From the NCBI RefSeq assembly GCF_001194135.2, contig NC_068981.1:116944212-116979356 (forward strand): a stretch of DNA of 35,145 nucleotides, written 5' to 3'. A program made the position numbers and the translations under genes. Within the stretch, counting starts at the first letter, position 1. Each line of letters opens with the position of its first letter. Of this stretch, positions 1 to 11,939 are shown piece after piece. This DNA is from Octopus bimaculoides (lineage: Eukaryota). The notes beneath the pieces were generated by a model, which ran no database searches, had not been told where the DNA came from, and saw only the letters and a list, made by a program, of their open reading frames with translations.

Positions 1-879
1 ATATATATACATATACATATATATATACATATATTTATATATATATATGATTAAGTGTACGTAGTGGGTAGTTATATTAATAGGCACATTTCGGCGCCAA
101 AATTTGCAAAACCGTTAAGAATAAATATACTTTCTTTGAAACGCTAAGGCGTAAACACAATAATTTAACATTTCGTTAACCAATTGGCATTAATTAACCA
201 ATATAGATTTATAGTGATTTCTTTTTAGGTTTGATGGGTAAGAAGAGTACATATATATGCATATATATGTGTGCATATGCATGTCTGTGTGTGTGTGTGT
301 CTTCATACGTATTTACGCATGTTTGTATATGCATACGCATACACGTGTATGCACGAATACGTGTGCACATGCGGGTGTATGTATACGTGCGGGTGTATGC
401 GTGTATCTCTATGTATATATGTGGGCGCACAGATACGTATATATATATGTGAAATAATGTATGTTTTTGCACACAGATAAACGCGTATGCATATGTGCAC
501 TATGTACTTGAAGGAATTTTCAATGTTTATTTGAGCGTGAATCATTCTGCACTGCGCCCTTCTGCATTAATTTGGGTGAATAGACCGTCGTCGCGAAATA
601 GTGGGTTCTTGACAACATGATATATGTTTTATATAAAAGTTTGGCATGCAAAATCGAGTGACTATCACAAAGTATAAGTATGAACATACATACATTTGGA
701 AGCACATATATACACATATACATTTGTAAGCACATATATGCACAAAAGAAAAAAACATACACGAAAGCCAATATTTAACTTTCTTGAAAAACTTACCACC
801 AAACAGTTGGCCAGTCAGAATAGACGTTAAAACTCCAATCAAGGAGAGGAGACATTTACGTGCAATTGTGTACGTGTAT

Positions 880-948
<69 letters not shown>

Positions 949-2235
949 NNNNNNNNNNNNNNNNNNNNNNNNNNNNNNNNNNNNNNNNNNNNNNNNNNNN
1001 NNNNNNNNNNNNNNNNNNNNNNNNNNNNNNNNNNNNNNNNNNNNNNNNNNNNNNNNNNNNNNNNNNNNNNNNNNNNNNNNNNNNNNNNNNNNNNNNNNNN
1101 NNNNNNNNNNNNNNNNNNNNNNNNNNNNNNNNNNNNNNNNNNNNNNNNNNNNNNNNNNNNNNNNNNNNNNNNNNNNNNNNNNNNNNNNNNNNNNNNNNNN
1201 NNNNNNNNNNNNNNNNNNNNNNNNNNNNNNNNNNNNNNNNNNNNNNNNNNNNNNNNNNNNNNNNNNNNNNNNNNNNNNNNNNNNNNNNNNNNNNNNNNNN
1301 NNNNNNNNNNNNNNNNNNNNNNNNNNNNNNNNNNNNNNNNNNNNNNNNNNNNNNNNNNNNNNNNNNNNNNNNNNNNNNNNNNNNNNNNNNNNNNNNNNNN
1401 NNNNNNNNNNNNNNNNNNNNNNNNNNNNNNNNNNNNNNNNNNNNNNNNNNNNNNNNNNNNNNNNNNNNNNNNNNNNNNNNNNNNNNNNNNNNNNNNNNNN
1501 NNNNNNNNNNNNNNNNNNNNNNNNNNNNNNNNNNNNNNNNNNNNNNNNNNNNNNNNNNNNNNNNNNNNNNNNNNNNNNNNNNNNNNNNNNNNNNNNNNNN
1601 NNNNNNNNNNNNNNNNNNNNNNNNNNNNNNNNNNNNNNNNNNNNNNNNNNNNNNNNNNNNNNNNNNNNNNNNNNNNNNNNNNNNNNNNNNNNNNNNNNNN
1701 NNNNNNNNNNNNNNNNNNNNNNNNNNNNNNNNNNNNNNNNNNNNNNNNNNNNNNNNNNNNNNNNNNNNNNNNNNNNNNNNNNNNNNNNNNNNNNNNNNNN
1801 NNNNNNNNNNNNNNNNNNNNNNNNNNNNNNNNNNNNNNNNNNNNNNNNNNNNNNNNNNNNNNNNNNNNNNNNNNNNNNNNNNNNNNTATATATATATACA
1901 TATATATTCATAGATGTAAATGTGTATGAATGCACTTGTAAATGTATGTGTGCGCGCGTATGTATATGTGTATCTACGTACATATACATGTACATGTATA
2001 TGTATTCATAGCTATGTATGTACATGTATATATGGATTACCCTGGCGAAAACTCATCGTATCTTTTATGGATATATGTCTATATATGCATGTAATCATAT
2101 ACTTACATACATACGTACACATTTTCACAGACGCACGCGCATACTCTCATACATGCGCAAGCACACACACACACGCACGCACACACACACACACACACAC
2201 ACAATCAGTGAGAGAGAGAGAAAGAGAGAGAGCGA
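1..2235. repeat. (TA)n/(CA)n/(GA)n microsatellite-rich region around the gap 949-1886; similar tracts flank most gaps in the window
   Basis: Seen directly. The other gaps are 6926-6935, 10854-10863, 13819-14486, 17019-17874, 19686-19746, 21107-21393, 22030-22500, 24111-24127, 26799-26808, 27749-28409, 29359-29437 and 31205-31638. Confidence 0.9.
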
Positions 2236-2860
2236 TATGATATTGGGCAATCCGAATTCATATCCAATTTTCCTTTCTTGGTTTCGAACTCGAATTGCGT
2301 AATTTCCAAGAATACCTAACTACGCACCCGTCCACGAGCACTCTCTTCCATTTCTCTTACATGTGAAACTATTTGTGGTATTAAAAAAGATATTGTTCTA
2401 ATAATACCCAAGTTACAAGACCGGCAAAAATAAAATCTCCAGTTCGCATTCGCTAGAAATACGCAAATTTCAACTATCAGGTCACAAATTTGATAAATTC
2501 ATTAGTAAATGAAACTCTTTTTGTCATTTCATTAACCAGTTTGTAAGGATGAAAATTTCTCAAACTTGCCTGAAATCAGAAGCTTTTTTAAGTTCAAATA
2601 TTTCTTCCCTGACTGTTAAGAACGAAAGCGCACCAATGGTGACACATCTATTCTTATGTATGGATTTAGAGGATTTTTTTTACAAATTTTGTAACACAAA
2701 TAGGTGTAGTTTTAATGGATTCAAAGATTTTTTCGTATTGGAACGAATTAAAGCTTTCCAGCCTGATCGTCCCCTTCTTTTCTCAAACTTTCAGTTTTCA
2801 TATATTTTTTTTAGATCTCTTTTGATTCAAATGCAAAACAATACAAATCAATATTAATAA

Positions 2861-3057
2861 TCTTTTCTACTCTAGGCATAAGATCCGAAATTTTGGGGGA
2901 GGGGCCAGTCGATTAGATCGATCACAGTACGCAACTGATACTTAATTTATCGAACTCGAAAGGATGAACGGCAAAGTCAACCGCGACGGAATTTGAACTC
3001 AGAACGTAGCTGCGGGCGAAATACCGGTAAGCATTTCGTCTACCGTGCTAACGACTC
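2861..3057 (-). mobile_element. tRNA-derived SINE, Meta-domain-like family; A box missing
   Basis: Minus strand has the B box GAGTTCAAATTCC followed by a TTTGCC-TTCATCCTTTCG-G..CGATAAATTAAGTA core. Homologous to 7804, 11940, 12138 and 30826. Confidence 0.85.
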
Positions 3058-4132
3058 AAAATTAATAATGATGATTATAGTCTATTATAGTTTATAATAA
3101 TGATAGTTTATTAATATTTATTTTCATCTCCAAGCTACTTAGCCATAATTATATGTAAGTAGGGATGCAAATTTTGATTTTGCATCCCACAAAACTTTTA
3201 GGCGTTGCACTTGTACCCCCTGCACCCTCTGTTCCCGGACCTAACATTATCCAAGAACCTGATACATAACTATCAATTTTTCTTTTTCTTTTACGCGCAT
3301 AGATGCAGTCAATCAAGCACTGCGCTACTTTATTTATCTTGAATCGTAGTGTTTTATGCATTCTTGCGCCTGAAGAATTGGTTCATTTACACGTCTTTAT
3401 TTTGAATAAGTAAATAAATAAAATATAATTTCAATTCCATAAAAAGTGTTGATTGCCACGATTGGAAAGCATTCATAGTCATTGTTGCTTGATAAATAAA
3501 TTCTGACTTTGGCGGGCTTGACATATTTCCATATTTTTATGGCATGTGCATAAAGGAGTGAACATATCTGTATGTCGTTTTGTAAAGATAACTTATAAAA
3601 GACAATGCAGAAGAGAAAACTTTGTACTCAGTACAACCGTCTGATGCACCTGGATATTAAATAATATAGCTCTCATCACATGGTGAGGTGATTAGAACAT
3701 GTGTGACGCATTTCAATCGATGTTCTGTACCATCTGTATTTATGGCAGTTTTTTGAAAGCTAATATTTACTGCTTCATATATTTTAACTGCTAGGTATCC
3801 AGTATGTTTTAGTACAGAAATATTCTGTGTAGCGAATGTATTCCCATTCTCTTCTGGTATTACTGTATGACAACTTTTAGCCGGGAACAAAAAAATTCTG
3901 TTAAATGGGAAAATATGTCATAATAGTATTTGTGACACCGGCATTTCATACACACACGCATGCATACATACAGACATACACACATACACACATACAAACA
4001 CATATGAATATACGTATACATATATGTATATCTATATCTATCTATATTTGTATGTGTGTGTGTGTGCGTGTGTGTGTGTGCATGTGTGTGTGTGTATACC
4101 TACATACATACATACATACATACATACATACA

Positions 4133-5228
4133 GGCTTAACATCGATCCAAAATGCCTTTGAAGGTCGCATCATATCCCTTGGGCAACATCATTTAACCAC
4201 CAAGCGTCGAAGCGTACCCCTTGTCCAAATTTACATACATGAGGCTGATAACATCATAAGACTTGGAAAGCAGCTCCTTGAGCAACACTCTTTGTCTGAT
4301 AACCTAGAATACATGCCCAAATAAGTCGCACGACTCTACCGCAAAATATCATCAGATGAAAGGGTGAGCGTATATGAGCAGAAGACTATGCATGGACATG
4401 TTAGTAGAAAGCTCCGTAATGATAGTAACATCGATCATCAAAGCAATTTGTCATGGACCAACAACCAGATTACTACCTCCCACTTTGAAGGCTCTGCGTT
4501 TGCAATCCAGGAACAGGAAATATCAACCAAGTACCTGATGCGCAAAAGGGATAGAGATGCAGGTAAAGCCGTAAGATGTGACAGCTGATACAGACTTTAT
4601 GGGGTTCCCTTTGAAGATATCACCCACATCATAAACAGTTGTCCGAAAATATAATCACGGTATTATCTACCGATGAGACATGACGTTGTAGCTAGGACAC
4701 TCTATAATGAAATCCGTCGGAAGGATAATCCTGATGATAAAGAAATAAAAACCCACAAGATGGTAGAAACCATAGCCACTAATGACAAAATAGAATACTG
4801 GTATAATGTACCAGTGAAGACCTCAATAAAATGTAAACACAACAGAACTGATATAATGATTTGAGACAGAGAAGAGAAATTGTGCACAGTTGTAGAAATT
4901 TGCTGCCCAGCTGAAGATTAGTGAAAAAGAGAACACCTATGCTGAACTATTGAGAATCTGCAGTTACTCTATCCAGATTACAAGTTCAGGTTTATACCTG
5001 TAATTATTGGGGCCCTGTGATATGTAACACACTGTCTTAATACCAATCTTGAGAACTTAGGCTTCTCAAAACGAGAAAGGAGAAAGCTAATTCAATGACT
5101 ACAGATCCGATCCATCACTGGAACTGTAAAATCTGTAAAACCTACCAGAGGTTTGTTATTTAGATATATATATATATGAGCATGTGTAGATATGTAACTA
5201 CATGCATGAGAATACATACATACATACA
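4133..5228 (+). mobile_element. 5'-truncated, degenerate non-LTR retrotransposon, R4/Dong-like (post-RT region, CCHC knuckle, restriction-like endonuclease, 3' UTR)
   Basis: Reading across stops and frameshifts gives GLTSIQNAFEGRII (tail of the GGRGL motif), EGSAFAIQEQEISTKY, a C..H...C knuckle remnant (EDITHIINSCP), RHDVVARTLY, KHNRTDIMI*DREEKLCTVVEICCPA (PD..D/E-type endonuclease), then YAELL..LQLLYPDYKFRFIPVIIGA. Both ends abut (CATA)n repeats. Confidence 0.88.
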
Positions 5229-5249
5229 AAGAAAAATAAACTGCTGTTG

Positions 5250-6530
5250 ATGTTGAAATTCCAATGAAGAATTTTGTAAGATAATTCTAATTGAGTTAGT
5301 TCGCTTCCTCCCATGCTTCTCGGTAAATAAATCCTGTTCACGTCCGCTTTTGGGTGGTTCATTCGAGCCATGGTTAGTAGTTTTCTGATCTTGGAGTCTA
5401 TCTTCTTTATTTCGCTCATTTGCCAGTTGATTATGTTGAAACTGTAAGCTACGATTAGTACTGCAAGAGTGTTAATGGCTTCCATTTTGTCTGCAGCGTT
5501 GAGTTCAGTCTTTGTTACTAACCGTACTCTCCTGTAGTGCTCTTTTCTAATCTTCTCTTTCGTTGCTGAATGTTTTATGCCGTTACTTTCGTCTATGCCA
5601 AGGTATTTATATGCTTCTTCCTGGTCTCGTCTTCGGATTCTTGCTTCTGTATTTGGCACTTTCTATCCCCTTTATCTACTACTACCAAATCGGGCCGCCA
5701 AGCTCCTATTACTCTGTCAATCTAAATTTTAAAGTAGTGTCCTTTACCACATTTTCTCTTTTTGAATCCTTCCCTGTGAGATATCCAATCCTCTGATGAC
5801 TACTACCCCTCCTGCATAAATTAATAAGTTAATTTCTTCTATATTTTTAGCATCTATCCTATTGATAGCAGAATCTACTTTCCTTGTCATTTCTTGTAGC
5901 TTCCTTCTCTTGGTGCCTTTTAATGCTGGCATTCTTTTTCTTACTTCTTTACTCATTACTTCCTGCAACTCATCTAAAATCTTCTGAGCTTCCTCAATTA
6001 AATCACTTAAGTCACTGGTGCCAGTTGTCCCTTTCTTATTGGAAGCGCTATTATTATTGTTTTCCTTTACGTTCTTCTTCGGTTTGAGCTATATCTCTTA
6101 TGTAGTTGCTTGCCTTTCCCACTGCCTGGTCTTTCTTTTCCAGTTCTCTTCTGATCTCTTCTACCTCCAATTCTGTCATCTACTTTCTTCTCCTAATAGC
6201 ATTAGCTTGATCAACTAATCTCTACTCAGTCACTTTAAACATACTCTTCTCAACTCAAAGTGTTAAAGTCCGTTTTCTATCACCCATTCTTGTAGGTTCC
6301 CTTTCAAAGTAGCACTGTTTTCTCTGCTGGTCCACTTCCTCCTCCTTGCTCAATTATCTGGTGATGCTGTATTAGGATGACAGCTGTGGTCAGTCTGCAA
6401 CTTTACAGATCCATTGCTGAACGAGAGATCTTTCCTTAAAGGTCCAGCTTCAGTTTTGCTGTTACAACCAGTGTTCTTCGGAAGCTCCTATCTCTCATGA
6501 ACTAAGGTAAGGTAATATTCGCCACCACCG
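5250..6530 (-). mobile_element. Rearranged, internally deleted R4/Dong-like non-LTR retrotransposon
   Basis: Minus strand, with frameshifts: N-terminal block (RLVDQANAIRR..MTELEVEEIRRE; RKRMPALKG..INLLIYAGGVVV, ~6400-5750); endonuclease piece (DRVIGAWRPDLVVVDKGDRKCQI, ~5735-5655); RT motif 7 and thumb (YKYLGI..KEKIRKEHYRRVRL..AINTLAV..YSFNIINW..HPKADVNRIYLPRSMGG, ~5620-5260). The RT catalytic core is absent. Confidence 0.85.
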
Positions 6531-6883
6531 TCATCACGACTATTATTTTTCTATATCTGAAAGTTTCAAGCAACTTTCTATTGATTTATTTGTTACGCTT
6601 TTGTGCTGGTGGGGTGGTGTGTGCTGCATTTTTCAATTTTGGTGGGGGAGGTGATATTTTATTGTATCAGTACGTTTTCTTTGGAATTTTGTTTGAGCCA
6701 TATGTTGTATTAGTTTTAATATTGCATCTTGTTTGTGTAGCGCAGGTTGTGTTCTTTTGTCGTGTATTGGCCTTCTATGGCACATATTGTGGGTCTTCTT
6801 CATTTTGTTGGGTATTTACAGTATGAGTTTATTCTTGTATGATTTTGGAGGGGTGTTGCATAGTAATGTGTGTGTGTGTGTGC

Positions 6884-6916
<33 letters not shown>

Positions 6917-7319
6917 TGTATGCCTNNNNNNNNNNTATAGTATTTATGATTATTTGTCAACCGTTGTTCTGCTTGGTTTTGTTATGGGTTCCGTTCATTA
7001 TTATTATTAACACTATCACTTTCATTATCTTCTTTCAGATCTGTTTCATTTCCTTGCCGGGTGCCTTCCTGACACCTAGAGCATAGAAACACAATATATG
7101 CATTTGTAGGCCATTAAAATAATCACACCAGACTGTTCATTTACAAAGTCATGCGATAGAAAAAAAATATAAAATATAAAAGTAAACAAAGAAAATAAAG
7201 GGTAAAAAAGGAAAGAAAAATTCATAGCAACCATGCTCTTCTCAATACGTGTGAAGTACCACTTAATACAATCCTTTGCACTTCCTGCATGGATGGTAAT
7301 CTAGGGATCATTCTCTAGT

Positions 7320-7606
7320 ATTAGTTTTATTATCATTTCTTTTTATAGGCGGTTTTGTTGGAACTCCTGGAGTCTTACATGCGTAGCAGACTTGCTATTT
7401 GCTAAGGTATCATGCTATCGGTTCTTTTCAACTATCTATTATTTTCCTGATTATTCTACCGTACCAAGGAAGCAAACATTTTGTAACAGTTCTACTGAGT
7501 ACTCTGCTACATTTTCCTTTATATTCCTCTTGATGCCTTCTGATACTGTATCCAAGGAACCAACAATAATTGGCACTGTCTTCACCTTCTTCATTTTCCA
7601 TAGGTA
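7320..7606 (-). mobile_element. 3' end of an R4/Dong-like non-LTR element (endonuclease C-terminus and 3' UTR)
   Basis: LWKMKKVKTVPIIVGSLDTVSEGIKRNIKE..VELLQNVCFLGT, then by frameshift RIIRKIIDS*. This matches the typical 'PVVIGALG..LQK..LLGTARIIRKVL' end of these elements. An AAT-rich tail follows. Confidence 0.75.
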
Positions 7607-7607
7607 G

Positions 7608-7670
7608 ATGTAAATCCATTTATCCCCTCCCACGAAATTGCTAGCCTTCTGCCAAAATTTGAAATGCATG
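7608..7670 (+). mobile_element. Short 3' fragment of the same SINE superfamily as 2861-3057, in opposite orientation
   Basis: The reverse complement reads TTCAAATTTTGGCAGAAGGCTAGCAATTTCGTGGGAGGGG..ATTTACATC, matching the plus-strand text at 11946-12000 and 30828-30850. Confidence 0.5.
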
Positions 7671-7803
7671 GATAAGTTGAAGTAATCTTAAAAGTCTCTA
7701 CAGCTCAATTTGACATCATGCAAAATCATTGTTTGCACCGACTTGCATGGCGTAAAGTGTGTCATGATACATGGAAACAATTGGAGTTGAATAAACAGAA
7801 TAA

Positions 7804-7976
7804 TCTTTTCTACTCTAGGTAAAAGGCCCGAAATTTTGGGGGAGGGAACCAGTCGATTAGGTCGCCCCCAGTACGCAAAGTTGACCTCGGCGGAATTTGA
7901 ACTCACGACGTAAAGACAGACGAAATGCTGCTGAGCATTTGGCCCGGCGATCTAACGTTTCTGCCAGTTCGCCGCC
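7804..7976 (-). mobile_element. tRNA-derived SINE, Meta-domain-like family, central core deleted
   Basis: Head GGCGGCGAACTGGCAGAAACGTTAG and B box GAGTTCAAATTCC are present. About 45 bp of core seen in the 12138 copy is missing between CAGTACGCA and AAGTTGACC. Confidence 0.85.
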
Positions 7977-8962
7977 GAATAAAGAAAATAATGAAAGAAT
8001 TATATCATGCAATCATTCAGCAGACACATTTACCCAATCCCAGGCAAAATTAAAATCATCAGTGTTCCCATTGTGCCTTTATAGTAAAATGCATAACTGG
8101 ACTCAAATTATTTTCACACATACATCGCAAATAGATGCAGCTTCTTTTATTCTTTTAATTTCTAAGTTGTTGTTTTTTTTTTGTTTCTTTTCTTTTTCAT
8201 TTTTCTTTTAAATCTTCTCCTTGAAGCGCTCATTACAAGTATATTAAGATCTAACTGGTTATTCGTCCTGCTATGGCTAATCACATTTAAAAGGTATATC
8301 ATGGTTCACATAACTGCTGGCTCACGTAATTGTAAAGATGACTTTTCAACTCATAAACATCTCATCGACTATACAGCCAGGAACACTGGAATATTATCAA
8401 TAATCACAAAAATCCCCACTAAGATGCATATTATGCGGGATAAATAATGAAAAAGCATTAACAACTGTAATCATGCTAAAAGTGACTCATGCGCTTCCAT
8501 TCAATAAACCACTGCATGCTGGGGTCTAAAGTTTTTCTACCTAAGTTAAGATTTACTATATAAGAACAATGCATTTCAGGATCGCACCCAGTCATTTAAC
8601 AAATTCCCCAAGTGCTAAGACCTACTCCACTAGAGCTGCATAGAGCAGTACCACAGCAACAATGACGACAACAACAAAATCCTTAGTAGGTATGTATAAA
8701 TTTTAAGTATAATATATAACAATACGACTTGTCGATTTCCAGCTTTGTTAAACAAGAGGCAGCAAATTCTATCGACTCTCAGGATAGGGCTGGTATTTGT
8801 TGCAACGATTCTAAAAGAAATAAAGATGAACATTAAGCTATGGAGATTTGAACAGAATATTAATCATTTCTGTCTCAATTTATATAAAGCTTTTATACTG
8901 TAATAGTTTACTATGTAGAGTGGTTCAAATAAAGTCATGCCTCTGTTAGAAAATACAAGTGT

Positions 8963-9357
8963 GGGGGCGCAATGGCCCAGTGGTTAGTGCAGCGGACTCG
9001 TGGTCATAGGATCGCGGTTTCGATTTCCAGACCGAGCGTTGTGAGTGTTTATTGAGCGAAAACACCTAAAGCTCAGCGAGGCGCCGGTAGGGGATGGTGG
9101 TGAACCCTGCTGTACTCTTCCACCACAACTTTCTCTCACTCTTACTTCCTGTTTCTGTTGTGCCTGTTGTTCGAAGGGCCGGCCTTGTCACACTCTGTGT
9201 CACACTCTGTGTCACGCTGAATGTCCCCGAGAACTACGTTAAGGGTGCACGTGTCTGTGGAGTGCTCAGCCACTTGCACGTTAATTTCACGAGCAGGCTG
9301 TTCCGTTGATCGGATCAACTGGAACCCTCGTCGTCGTAAGCGACGGAGTGCCAACAA
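8963..9357 (+). mobile_element. Full-length tRNA-derived SINE (second family, ~395 bp)
   Basis: A box TGGCCCAGTGG (8973-8983) and B-box-like GGTTTCGATTTCC (9016-9028). Collinear with the inverted copy at 25043-25420. Carries a 12-bp tandem duplication (CACACTCTGTGT x2). Confidence 0.88.
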
Positions 9358-10321
9358 GATAATACAAACATTTTTTCGATATCACGTGACTCTGAATTCA
9401 GTAAAACAGTGCAGCTTTCTACTATAGCATTTCTTTTCTTGAGAAACTGAGTGGGAGTTAGTGTTAGTAGAATTGAGAAAGATTTCTTAGGCGATAAATG
9501 TAAAATGTTGCTGGATACATCATCAGCTAACACTTGAGCACCTGTAAACGTTGATTCAATCATTCAGGTTTATACTGCTTCAAGCATTTGGGTGAGGCTA
9601 CTGTCACAGTTAAATCGATATTTTGGTGTGTGTTACACTGACTCAGGCTTTCTTTCTAGCATTCTCTCAAGCATCATGCAAAGATTAAGGCTGTTGCCTT
9701 TCATACTTTGTCTTAGCGCTAAAAAATATTTCAAGCTTTTTCTATTAACTATTGATCCTGCGACTTTATAACATTACACCGCTTGGAGGCTAGTATATCG
9801 TCATGCACAGAGGCACAATGTACGTTGAAATGCATGCTGAACCCATTAAACAGTTATTGTAGTGTAAACAATTGAACTTCAAACAATTACGCATAATTGC
9901 ACTTTGGCACCAGATGGACTCTTGCAGACTCCAATACTTGATACATTCTTTTCTCGGGCGCGAAAGTAACATAGAACGCTGATCTCGGCGGGATATATGT
10001 TCACGGCATAAAAAATCTTAAATACCACCAGACATTTTGACTGTAGTGGTCTTTGTTCACGTACTTAAGTATATAAGGAGTTTTTATTTATTTTATCGAT
10101 TCCATTGATTTTAAAGACAATGTCAAAATTGAATTTTAAGGTAAACTGACATTTGTAAACAATGGATAGTAAACAATGTTTGGTAAAGTTTGGCATTAGT
10201 GAAGGATGTTGTTAGAAGAGTAAATTTAGATGTACAGATGATTGTATTAGATGATTGTATTAGAAACGGAAGCTCTAGTGATCTGGTAAAATTTAGCGGT
10301 GGGAGAAAATAGCGATATTAT

Positions 10322-10795
10322 TATTATTATTGGGTGAGAGAGCAGAGCATGACATCAAAATGACACTGGGGTAAAATATACGAAACCCATTATACCCATC
10401 ACGATTACTCGTCTGATAAGGGTACACCAGGCACATGCATCACAAACATAAGTGCACGACATGGTGACATCATATCAAGATAAACAGCGCATGACCTCGC
10501 AGGTGGGGGTCCAGTTAGAATTTTCTTCAGGTCGAGTAACCCATCCCGCTCAAATGGTCTTTGAATAAGGGTAAATTATCCAAACCCCAAAGTATTCCTT
10601 TCAACACATGACTACGATGTTTCGCTACTACTTCTGCTCGTGATCAGAGATGCCTATATTGTCAGCCACTAAGGGACATGTTCAGCTGGTTAAGGTCAAA
10701 CAACTGACAAGCAGAATTGTGGTATTGAGCAGAATATTTGCTGTAGCCCATCTTTTATACCACGCCAAATCAATGTACATGATAACACTTCCATT
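10322..10795 (-). mobile_element. Unclassified interspersed retro-repeat with (AAT)n tail
   Basis: Higher-GC block ending on the minus strand in GCTCTCTCACCC(AAT)n. Resembles an abundant octopus repeat I recall. No coding motif recognised. Confidence 0.55.
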
Positions 10796-10822
10796 TATTA
10801 TTATTGTTATTATTATTATTAT

Positions 10823-10853
<31 letters not shown>

Positions 10854-10975
10854 NNNNNNNNNNGCAGAATTGTGGTATTGAGCAGAATATTTGCTGTAGC
10901 CCATCTTTTATACCACGCCAAATCAATGTACATGATAACACTTCCATTTATTATTATTGTTATTATTATTATTAT

Positions 10976-10976
<1 letters not shown>

Positions 10977-11020
<44 letters not shown>

Positions 11021-11055
11021 CAGCAGCGGCAGCAGCGGCAGCAGCGGCAGCAGAG

Positions 11056-11130
<75 letters not shown>
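10977..11130. repeat. Compound (AGT)n-(AGC/GGC)n-(AGT)n microsatellite
   Basis: Seen directly. Confidence 0.97.
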
Positions 11131-11139
11131 ACGAAGACG

Positions 11140-11334
11140 AAATGATGGTGGTGTGGAGAAATGTAGTTGTGGCTGTGATGAAGATGTGTAAAACTTGCAA
11201 TGACACAGCGAGAGTATAAGGGACTCGATTAGATAAGCTCATGGCAAGATATGTTACATATGTTGAAGTTCCCATTCCTATTATGCTATGGAGTAAGGAA
11301 GGCTGCCGTGCCTCCGGCAGTTCGGTCATTTGAC
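11140..11334 (-). other. Candidate exon start with a strong acceptor; extent uncertain
   Basis: Acceptor TGTTCTCTCTTTTACAG| at 11335-11336. Frames give SNDRTAGGTAAFLTP* or QMTELPEARQPSLLHSIIGMG... No clear donor. Confidence 0.25.
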
Positions 11335-11496
11335 CTGTAAAAGAGAGAACAGAATTCTGGCATATACAACGTAAATAAAAACAAGAGAATATGCGACCTT
11401 ATACGTATATCCAAATGAACGTTGTGTGTGAGAGTGTGCGCATGTCAAAATACAGGCGCGCACACACGCGCATATTCGTACAAACACATATTCGCG

Positions 11497-11527
<31 letters not shown>

Positions 11528-11596
11528 ATGTGTATGCATATATATATATATATATATATAATCATAAATACACAGGGATTAGCTTGAGTTGCTTCT

Positions 11597-11648
<52 letters not shown>

Positions 11649-11939
11649 GGTGACACCTACGCAGTTATACAATATGCACAAACTTATACGCATAAATACA
11701 TATATCTATATACATGCACTTAAAGGTAAACGTACGTACTTTAATAATTAATATATGTGTATTTGTGCATATATGAGAACAACGTAATCTGTAATAACTT
11801 TGCTCCTTATGAAATACAAGGGAGCAAGAAATACAGAAAAATAAGATGGAAATTAAGCAATGGGTATAAAATGCATGCAGAATTGCATAAAAAGTTATAC
11901 AGACCTTGGGGAAAAGGTGATAGACCAGGCACAGTAAAT

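Noticed and set aside
4133-6530. Twin-priming 5' inversion of a single LINE
   Set aside because: The pieces are tail-to-tail rather than head-to-head, and the overlapping post-GGRGL peptides differ.
8963-9035. Genuine tRNA genes here and at 21624-21726 and 25350-25420
   Set aside because: They have A and B boxes but no convincing acceptor stem, and they continue into shared SINE bodies.
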